DNA from: Octopus vulgaris
Lineage: Eukaryota
DNA length: 64,000 nt
Direction: 5' to 3'
Assembly (NCBI GenBank): GCA_951406725.2
Contig: OX597826.1
Location: forward strand, 47,802,001 to 47,866,000
Position 1 is the stretch's first letter, and every line of letters begins with the position of its first letter. Shown piece by piece: positions 54,164 through 64,000 of the stretch. Below the pieces are notes generated by a model, which searched no databases, was not told the DNA's origin, and saw only the letters and a program-made list of their open reading frames with translations. The position numbers and the translations under genes are program-made.

Positions 54164-54442
54164 AATTAGAGAAAAGCCACTATTATGTAATTCAAACAAT
54201 GATAGCCATAAACCAAATCATATAGAAAAAATAAATTATATTATAAAACATATATCAAGATCACAAAAAGTACAAAAAAATGAATAAACAATATATAATA
54301 AGTAAAAAGACTATATATTGTTTATTCAAATTTTTTGTACTTTTGTGATCTAGTTATGTTTTATCATATATTTTATTTTTTCTATGTGATATGGTTTATG
54401 TCTATCATTGTTTGAATTACATAATAGTGTTTTTTCTCAATT
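54164..54442. repeat. AT-rich fold-back inverted repeat (~130-bp arms, ~14-bp spacer) in (TA)n
   Basis: 54164-54297 is a diverged reverse complement of 54312-54442. Confidence 0.85.
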
Positions 54443-54472
54443 TTTTTTTTATATATATATATATATATATAT

Positions 54473-54775
54473 AGGGGAGAATTTACCAAAAAAAATCATC
54501 AAAACACGAAGACAGGTGGTGTAGACAACAGACAGATGTATTAGTATATCGCTCGGGAAGTGAAAAAGTCCTTAACGTTTCGAGCCTATGCTCTTCCACA
54601 GAAAGGAACACAGAAAGAAACAAGGAGAGAAAATAAAGAATGTGTAGTAGCTAGCGATCTATCATGGCGAATACCGGACAGAGAAGTCACAGAGAAGAGC
54701 TAGGAAGAAGGGGAGATAATAAAGTAGTGGTGATCCCAAAATGAAGATGCGCGTGCGTGTGTATAAGAGCGCATG
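54473..54775 (-). mobile_element. P2 unit, longer copy
   Basis: Minus strand ctgtggaagagcataggctcgaaacgtt; includes gatcccaaaatgaa also seen at 59207. Confidence 0.8.
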
Positions 54776-55128
54776 TATGTGCCAGCTTAATTTAATTCGT
54801 CCTTAGTCGAAAGACACCTGTTGTTAATGTCCTGTTATTTGTATTTGTGCACCATTTCTCCATTTTTTCCCGCCCTTGTTTTCGTATACATTCGCTGCTT
54901 TCTTCCAAGGAATCTAGTGCTCTTAGCTTTGTTTTTCCTTGGGGCTGGCCAGATTGGAGCAATCAAGAGTATAACCAGCCGAAATTGCAAAGATAATCTG
55001 GAACTCGATGAAGGAAAGAAAACTACGAATAACCCGTTTTCTTTGTATCGTCTGTCTGGATGTTTTGTTGTCCCTTTTTTGATTCATCTGTCTGGATGTT
55101 TTGCGCATTTGTCCCATTTTTGTGTGTG

Positions 55129-55206
<78 letters not shown>

Positions 55207-55494
55207 CACACACACACACTTGCGCATTTTACGATCTTTTATTTGCTTTGGTCATTAGACTGCGGTCATTTTGGGCGCCACTTTGAAGATTTTAGTCCAA
55301 CGAATCGACCACAGTGCTTATTTTAACTTCAAGCCTGGCTTTTATCCTAACGTCTCTTTTGCCGAATTGCTAAGTTACGGGACGTGAATACACCATCACC
55401 GTTTCTTAAATAGTGGTGGGAGATAAACACAGGCACAAAGACGCCCACAGGTAGAAACATGCCCTTATATATGTATATGTGTGTGTGTGTGTGA

Positions 55495-55825
55495 AGTCGC
55501 ATGGCTCACTGGACGTTGGGAGTTCGATTCCTAGACAGGGCTGCGTGTTGTACTCTTAAGCAAGACACTTTATTTCACATTGCTCCAGGTAACTCAGCTA
55601 TAGTAATGAGTTGCAACATTATTGGTGCTAAGCTGTATCGGCCTTTGTTTTTCCCTTGGATTACATCGGTGGCATGGAGAGGGCAGAGTGGTTTGCATGG
55701 GCGACTGCTGGTCTTCGATAAAAACAACCCTAGATTGTGCGTCCGCCGGTGAGGTAACTTTCCCCCCAGACTTGTACCCCGGAAGGGAACCTCTTAGGTG
55801 CACCCATGGTCAGTCATGACCTACG
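55495..55825 (+). mobile_element. SINE family C, tail type 1
   Basis: gagttcgattcc, gcaagacactttatttcac, gggcgactgctggtcttc. Confidence 0.78.
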
Positions 55826-55919
55826 GAGTCGAGTTCATATATATACTTACACTATGGGTTTCTTTCAGTTTCCATCAACAAATTCCACTCACAAGGCATT
55901 ATTATTTAAAGAAGGTATG

Positions 55920-56040
55920 GGTGGTTCTGGCTTCAGTCCCACTGAATGGCACCCTTGGCAAGTGTCTTCTACTATAGCCTTGGGCCGACCAATGCCTTGT
56001 GAGTGGGTTTGGTAGACAAAACTGAAGGACGGCCATCGTG

Positions 56041-56098
<58 letters not shown>

Positions 56099-56326
56099 TG
56101 TATGTATGTATGTATGTATGTATGTGTGTGTATGTATATTGATGTGTATGTGTGTATCCTTGTGTCTGTGTTTATGTTCCCGTAAATTAGCGGCTCGGCA
56201 AAGAAGATTGCTAAAATAAGTACCAAATTTTAAAAAGGTCCTGGAGTCGATTTGTTCGACTAAGAACAAAACCTCCAAGACGGTGACCCAGCGTGGCCGT
56301 AGTCAAAAGTACTAAAGCAAATAAAA
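55920..56326 (+). mobile_element. old SINE family A
   Basis: Degenerate match to the family A consensus with internal (TATG)n. Confidence 0.75.
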
Positions 56327-57461
56327 CGTGTGTGTGTACTTATATACACATGCATATATATATGCATATATTCATATGTGCATATATACGCATCGAGAAA
56401 AAGCGACAGAGAAAGAGGTAGGAAAATGGAACAGCAAGGTGGAGTGTTGCAAGTTTGAGAGTAAATATACAAAGGTGTGTTATGTGCGCATTAGCAATTA
56501 TATATATACAGGTATATATGCATTTATGTTTACTTTGTGTGTGTAAATATACCAACACTTTTGTGAAAAGGTAAAGATGGGTGGTTGTATGCAACATACA
56601 GACAACAATGGCAGACAGACATGAGGTACAGACTAAACATCTTAATACAGGTATGATTACTAAGCTGGTAGTAGTTATTAATATGTTGCTAATGTAAGGT
56701 AGGGGTTTGGTCACAGATTTTTGTTTTTGTACTTATGTTTGTGTTTATGCTTTGGTCATTCATAACACCGCTACTAAAACAAACAGACAGCACATACACA
56801 GGCACGCACACATATACAACGCACGCACATATATACACCGCGCGCATTTATACACAAAAACTCACACATATATGGGTGGATAGACAAATACATACATACG
56901 TAGACAGAAGTAGATATATATATACAATGTTATGGATATATGACATATGCGTGTGTGTGTTATGTATGCATGTATGTATGTATGTGCATGCATCAGATAG
57001 ACAGACTGATATATATATCTATATATATAAGCGCGTAGGCTCGAAACGTAAAAGACTTTTCCATTTTCCCGAGCGTCAAACTAATACATTTGCTTGTTGT
57101 TTCTAAACCGGTTTTCGTCATACATGCATACGTGCACACAGAAAAATAATGCAAGCATATATAAGTATTCACCATCATAGGCACATATAGCAACTTATAT
57201 ATACATCTATCCACACACTAACCTTCAAACGTGTACATTATTTAGATGTACGAACTGTGACTTACTGTCACTATCATCGACGGTATGCTTGTATACATAA
57301 TCACACAAATACATTTTTCACTGTATATCGAAGCAGTATATCGCTGGTTATTGGCATATAGCTTGTGAGAATGTTACCATTAGTTTCATGCCGTCTATTA
57401 CCCTTGGCATTATTGATGACACACTGGCCAGAAGATCATAGCCTCTTTTATGCTGGAGGTG

Positions 57462-57524
<63 letters not shown>

Positions 57525-57710
57525 GCTGTAATATTTACAGCTTTAATAAAATGTTATAGTATGAAACAATTGTACTAAATTACCGGATCCATTCTTGTTG
57601 CTTATTTTTGAATATAATCACCCCGCATATTTTTATGGGTAATACCATAAAAAATTCTGGTGCATCTAAATTAAGTACCATATTTATTTGAATCTAAATT
57701 GTTTGCTGAA

Positions 57711-57745
<35 letters not shown>

Positions 57746-58204
57746 TCTGGCTGGTTCAATGTTTGTAAAAAAAAGCGGAACGAAATATAGTGGAAAATTA
57801 TAACACTTTCCGGGAGGGTAAGGAGAGTCACTTTGCATCAGTCGGTGTGAACCATGGTGTTAAAGCGTGTTAGTTGTGTGTGTGTGCACAAGTATGTCAT
57901 TCCCTTGTCCAAAAATGTCCACGTTGTCAAAACGAATATCCGCTCATGAGAGCAGCATACGAATTTTTTTTAGTTCAGGAAAGCACCCTTATGTGAATTA
58001 TTTAGAATGATTCTCCTGAGCGCCACCAAAAAGTTGCAATGCCTACTTCCGTTTGGATACGGTCTAGGCTGTACCAGTAATTTCCTGCTTCCTCCTTTAA
58101 TCACCATATGTGTATGTGTGTGCTTATTTGGATGTATGTATGCACGTACGTACGTATATATGTATGTTTCTTTCTCTCTCACTCTATATATGCGGAGGGT
58201 TGTA

Positions 58205-58314
58205 TGCATGCATGTATGTATGTATGTATGTGTGTGTGTATGTATGTATGTATGTATGTATGTATGTATGTATGTATCTATGTATGTATGCATGCATGCA
58301 TGTATGTATGTATG

Positions 58315-58346
<32 letters not shown>

Positions 58347-58510
58347 CATGTATGCATGTATGTATGTATGTATGTATGTATGTATGTATGTATGTATGTA
58401 TGTATGTATGTATGTATGTATGTATGTATGTATGTATGTATGTATGTATGTATGTATGTATGTATGTATGTATGTATGCATGCATGTATGTCTGTATGTA
58501 CGTATGCATG
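58205..58510. repeat. (TATG)n microsatellite
   Basis: Direct reading of the sequence. Confidence 0.95.
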
Positions 58511-58946
58511 CGTGCATATTCTGTAAATATGACAGGAAAAAGTCAGATGAGACCAAGAGCTATTGGAGAATATGTGAATACTTATTTGAGATAAGAAAGA
58601 ATAAGTTAAGAAGGAAAAAAATTGAACAAGTACTTCAAAGCTATAGCAAGCATGTGTACGTAACTACGTTATTCTTGTCAGAAACACTTGAGGCGAATTC
58701 AGCTTTATTAAGCTTCTTTTATTTATATCTGACAGCTTATGATATAAAATTTTTCTATCGAAACCTTAAGATTCATTAGAACAGGCTTAATTTACGGATG
58801 ACGTATCTAATTTCGAATGCTGTAATATAGAATCGTTATTATTGTTATTAATTATTTGCAATAAAATGTTGAAATTATAAAAACACTTCGTGTACTTTTA
58901 TATATGTGTGTGAGCGTGTGTGTATGCATGTATGTATACATGTATG

Positions 58947-59009
<63 letters not shown>

Positions 59010-59054
59010 ATATATATGATATATATATATATATGCACACACATACACACATAT

Positions 59055-60752
59055 AGTTGAAAATTTACAAAAAAACAAAAGACGAAGACAGGTGTATGAA
59101 CAACAAGCACCTATATTAGTTTGACGCTCGGGAAAGTGAGAAATGTTTTTACGTTTCGAGCCTACGCTCTTCAGCAGAAAGGAATAAGAGAAATAAAGTA
59201 TTGGCGATCCCAAAATGAAAGTTCACGTGTGTATGTGTATATGAGAATGTGTAAGTGTGTGTGTGTGTGTGTGTGTGTGTGGATAGGGGCTAGTGACTTT
59301 GACGTATGGATATGTGCGTTTGTAATATGTGGGTGTGTAGATGATGTTGTGTTGGTGTGCAGATGTACAGATGATGGTCTATGGTGTGGGTGCTGGGAAG
59401 TGGTCAGTGCTAGTGTGTGTAGAGTGGTATGGCGGCGTGGCGATGGCGGTGGGGTGTGAGAGTGAGGTTTGACTGTAAAGTGGAAGAGGGTGGGGTGGGA
59501 TGGGTAGGTGTATGTGGGAGTGGGGTGTGGGGGTGGATGGAGGAAATATCAATGAAGAGAAGTGGGTGTGGATGGAGGGTATCAATGAAGAGAGGTGAGT
59601 AGGAGTGAAGAGAGGAAGTGGGTGTCAGATGAAGAGAGGAGAGGAAGAGAGTTGAGCTCATGTGGCACAAAGGAACGAAGAGAGAAGATTAATTCCTGTT
59701 CACGGTGCAAAAATAATCAAAACACAGACAGGTGTTGTAGTGAATGGCGCGAGACCGAGGTGTCATTGCTGAGTCTGACGTCTCAGAGGTGCTCCGCGAA
59801 CCGGTCAGCCAAGCGGCGTCCCATTTGACCGATGTACATAGAAGGGCAGAAAGAGCAGGAGGTGCAGCAAATGATGTTGCTAGAAGTGCAGGTAAAGGAG
59901 TCGGTGATATGATAGGGACGATGATGGGTGCCTGTGAGGATGGTGGTTTTGGAGAAGTAGGGGCAAGTGCGGCTGCGTGGGAAAGAGCAGGGAAACGAGC
60001 CAGGCAGGAAGGTGGAGTTAGGGAAGAAACTGTGGACCGGAAGGTCACACAGGATGTGGGCTCGTTTGAAGGAGGGAAGGGGTTGATTAGGGGAAGATCT
60101 ACGAAGTGGCGGGGTCGGACTGGAGTCGCCGGAAGGCTCGGAGAACGGTGCGTTGGAGGGCCAGGGTGGAGGGGTGGTAGGTAAGGGGAAATGGGTGATA
60201 GGTAACAACAGGGAGGGTGCGGGGAGAGAGAGCAGATGCACGGTCCTCAGAAGTACTCTAGCGAGGGTTTTGTGGATAGTGGTGAGGGGATATCCGCGAG
60301 AGATGAAGTGGCGAGCCATGAGTTGAGACTGAGTCTCAAAGTCATGGTTGTCACTGCAGAGCCTGCGCAGTCGGAGAAATTGGGAGTAGGGGATAGAGAG
60401 CATGGTATGGGTAGGATGAGAGGAGGAGAAGTTAAGATATGAGTGTAAGTCGGTGTGTTTGTAGTGGATGGAGGGAATGAGAGCGGAGTTGTATATGTTG
60501 ATCGAAATGTCGAGAAATGCGCCAGAAGTGTTGGAAATAGTGCAAGGGAATTCAAGGACAGAGTGGATGATTGAACAAAAGAGAGGATGGCGTCTAGTTG
60601 TTCGCGAAAAGGTGAGGTCGTACTGATACAGTTATGAATATAACGACCGTATAGTTCAGGAGAGGGACCAGTGAATCATGAGAATATTTGGGCCCCAACG
60701 TAGCCAACGAACAGGTTCACATAGTTGGGACCATTCTCGTCCTCATGGCTAC
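59055..60752 (-). mobile_element. 5'-truncated Penelope-like element: RT, GIY-YIG, 3' region and P2 terminal repeat
   Basis: VAMRTRM/PNYVNLFVGYV, LYGRYIHN (degenerate YIDD), SIPYSQFLRLRRLCS..F.SRGYP, FTCTSSNIICC..C..C..MYIGQMGRRLADRFAEHL; ends in ctgctgaagagcgtaggctcgaaacgta unit. Confidence 0.9.
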
Positions 60753-61556
60753 AAGTAAGTGTGTGAGTCAGTATATGGGGTGTATATGCTTGGTTAAAAA
60801 AGGGACTAGAATATTTGTTAACTATTTTAATAATGTACTGTACATTCTTTCATAACAGCCCGAATGGTTTGTATAAGAAATTTATCTATTATGTTTCTGA
60901 CGCCAAAAGATATTTGAAAAAAAGTCAAAGTTTTGTTGAGTGTTTAGTCAACAAGTTTTAATATGTGAATCACTGCCCGGGTACAATCAAAATTTGTCAA
61001 GATATCCGTTTCTGCTATTTTCAGACATATCTTTGTATATTTAAATTTCAAGATTTTCGGTCAACAAAATTGGAAGAAAATAGGCAGAAAATGATGCACT
61101 AATACTGAAATCAAGAAAATAATTTTACCCTGATACACAAAAGTGTGTGATGCTCACACCAGAGAAACATTTTATTACAAGTCTGGATGAGGCTCACCCT
61201 GAATTAAACGAGAATGATGACATTGCTTCATTATAACCATCCATAGCTTGTCATTCGCAAGCAAGTATTGCTTGGTAAGATGAAACAAGTTTTAGCGAAT
61301 TGTTTAACATGTCCATGTAATCACAATCAGACAGAGACCGCCTTTCAGTCCTCCAATTCTTGACTAAGTGGATCATCGACGATGTAACACATGAAGGGAG
61401 AGTTCCAGTTTAGTTCTGATGCATTAAACAAGACCTCGTTTCAGTTGAATAGACTGGAGTAATGATCAAGGACACAATGCACCGCTTGTTCCTGGAACCG
61501 AACCCACTACATTAAGAACGTGAACCTGATATACAAAACATTTGACTGCGTCTCTT

Positions 61557-61745
61557 ATTGGCTTCAAATTTTAGCACAAGGCCAGAAATTTGGGCGAAGT
61601 AAGTCGATTACATTGACCCCAGTGTTCAACTGGTACTTATTTTATCGACCCCGAAAGGATGAAATGCAAAATCGTCCTGGACAGAATTTGAACTCAGAAC
61701 GTAAAGCCGGACGAAATGCCGCTACGTGTTTTGCTCAGCAGGGTA
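61557..61745 (-). mobile_element. SINE family B, alternative tail
   Basis: Reverse complement of the family B core. Confidence 0.78.
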
Positions 61746-62053
61746 ATTAGAATAAATAGTTAATTAGAATTCATCAGGTGAAATGTGTTTCTCAATAAAT
61801 AAATAAATAAATAAATAAATGAATAAATAAATAAACACAATATAAATTTGAATAAAGCAGTTACAGAATTAAACTACGAATTAATCATTAGGGGTCAAAG
61901 AAATATCCGTAGAATCATCCACTGAGCCATGTTCCTGATCCTGAAAGTCCTTCAGTAATATGTTTGAAGTAAATATTTACCCATTTATATATTCTTTAAA
62001 ACTGATGATTCTTTATTAAAGACAATGAAATATATTTCATTTAATAAGGGTTG

Positions 62054-62087
<34 letters not shown>

Positions 62088-62103
62088 CACATACACACAC
62101 ACG

Positions 62104-62162
<59 letters not shown>

Positions 62163-62227
62163 AAGTATTTACACTGAAAATTCAAACAATTTTTAAGTAT
62201 TAGCCTAGACAAGAAATAGCTACCAGC

Positions 62228-62862
62228 CTCAATATATGCGATGGTCTAGAAAATTTAGCGTTTTGAGAGCCATACTTTACTCTTAAAAATCATAAGCCTC
62301 TTGCCAAACCGAAATATGAATTATCAAAACCTAAGAAGAAAAAAAACTAAGATATGTAAGCGCGATAACGATATTTTCCGTTCCATCACTTTCGGTATTA
62401 AGCAGCGTTTTTACTCTTCCCTTCTGAAACAACATTTTATCAGTTACTTGGTGATTTTAGTGACATAGGTAATAAGCACATCTTTAAACTTTTGGAGTTT
62501 TTCCAAAGTGTTTTAGAATTCAGCAGACAGTTTATTCCAGTTAGTGATTCAGATATTAATATTTTTGCACTATACTAAGGCGGCGAGCTGACAGAAACGT
62601 TAGCACACCGGGCGAAATACTTAGCGGTATTTCGTCTGCCGTTACGTTCTGAGTTCAAATTCCGCCGAGGTCGACTTTGCCTTTCATCCTTTCGGGATCG
62701 ATTAAATAAGTACCAGTTACGCACTGGGGTCGATATAATCGACTGAATCCGTTTGTCTGTCCTTGTTTGTCCTCTCTATGTTTAGCCCCTTGTGGGTAGT
62801 AAAGAAATAGGTGTTTCGTCTGCCGTTACGTTCTGAGTTCAAATTCTGCCGAGATCGACTTT
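62228..62862 (+). repeat. partner of the inverted duplication at 51131-51764
   Basis: Reverse complement of 51131-51764. Confidence 0.93.
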
Positions 62863-63137
62863 GCCTTTCATCCTTTCGGGGTTAAGTAAAGTACCAGTTA
62901 TGTGCTGGGTTCGATCTAATCAACTTAATTCCTTTGTCTGTCCTTGAATGGTTAGCACGATGGGCAAAGTGTTTAGTGGCATTTCAGTATGTTTTAAGTT
63001 CAAATTCCGCCGGGGTCGACTTTGCCTTTCATCCTTACGGAGTCGATAAAATAAGTACCAGCTGAGCACTGGAATCGATGCAATCGATTTCCACCCTTCC
63101 CCGCAAGTGCTGGCATTCTCCCAAAATTTGAACCTAC
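62579..63137 (+). mobile_element. three SINE family B units in tandem (one full, two partial)
   Basis: Core gactttgcctttcatcc occurs three times. Confidence 0.85.
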
Positions 63138-63303
63138 CATTTTACATTAAGCTAAAATCTTTCCTAGCATACATAAAAAGGAACTGGTCTTTTGTATTTT
63201 GAGTCTGGGAAAATGACGAGACGGTTCCAGTATGTTCGATCATGACTAACTTGGGGCTAAACAAAAAACAACAACAAAACTGCTACAACAACAATGACTG
63301 CTG

Positions 63304-63305
<2 letters not shown>

Positions 63306-63391
<86 letters not shown>

Positions 63392-63410
63392 GACGACGAC
63401 GACGACGACT
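63306..63410. repeat. (CTA)n then (CGA)n microsatellite
   Basis: Direct reading of the sequence. Confidence 0.95.
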
Positions 63411-63623
63411 ACAATAATAATGGTTTCTGCTTAAGACACAAGGGGGAGTATTTCAAAAGAGGGTGGAACTAGGTGATTACATCTATACCACTGCTTTTAC
63501 CGGTTCTTCATTTTATTGACTCTGGAATGCAGAGTTGACTTTAATGGAACGTGAACTCAGAACGTAAAGAGCTGGAACAAATACCACAAGGCATTCAAAC
63601 AATTCTGCCAACCATCCACCCAG

Positions 63624-63668
<45 letters not shown>

Positions 63669-64000
63669 TTAATAATAATAACAATAACAATAACAATAAT
63701 AATAATAATAAAAAAACAATAACAATAAAAAACAACAACAATAATAGTCACAATAAAATAATGCTTACAATATCATTTTGAAATGTTGGCCCTCGTGACA
63801 ATCTATGAAAAAAAAAAATGAGCTCAGTTTCCAAATTTCTGATAGTTAAAAGTCTGTGAATCCTACTTAATTGCCAAGTTTGCCAATTACAGGAATTGGT
63901 GTACATAATATACAGACACACACACACACACATACACACACACACACATACATACATACATACATACATACATACATACATACATACATACATACATACA

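Noticed and set aside
54780-55125. Possible fifth PLE-type terminal repeat, loosely similar to 47420-47525 on the minus strand
   Set aside because: The similarity is weak and I could not draw a complete hammerhead fold, so it is left unannotated.
59744-60184. 146-aa Gly/Arg-rich plus-strand ORF
   Set aside because: It is the antisense shadow of the Penelope-like ORF on the minus strand.
51131-62862. An autonomous 11.7-kb transposon bounded by the inverted duplication and encoding the mariner transposase
   Set aside because: The mariner fragment has its own TIR, is truncated at WVPH with a stop and lacks the catalytic domain. No TSD is seen outside the repeats, whose outer ends merge into SINE sequence.

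Overview
This is an AT-rich, repeat-saturated animal genomic window. The SINE repertoire and the dense (TA)n/(AAT)n/(CA)n/(TATG)n tracts suggest an octopus or other coleoid cephalopod (inference). I find no convincing host gene: almost every ORF in the track is a microsatellite or SINE artefact. The window contains at least four tRNA-headed SINE groups (dozens of copies, often nested, several with clear target-site duplications, TSDs). It also holds a 5'-truncated Tx1/L1-group LINE, RTE, R4/Dong-like, RLE-type and CRE-like LINE fragments, four Penelope-like (GIY-YIG) relics, three non-autonomous Helitrons and a mariner 5' fragment. The strongest lead is a set of four sequence-distinct minimal hammerhead-ribozyme-like motifs in Penelope-type terminal repeats. 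Two carry non-canonical cores, one unit inserted alone with a 14-bp TSD, and two form long fold-back palindromes. Also notable are an (AAT)n tract holding a chain of four unrelated retroelements and a ~630-bp inverted duplication 10.5 kb apart that looks like SINE-primed templated repair. Coordinates were read by eye and are approximate to a few bases. Family names rest on motif recognition, not database searches, so novelty is untested.
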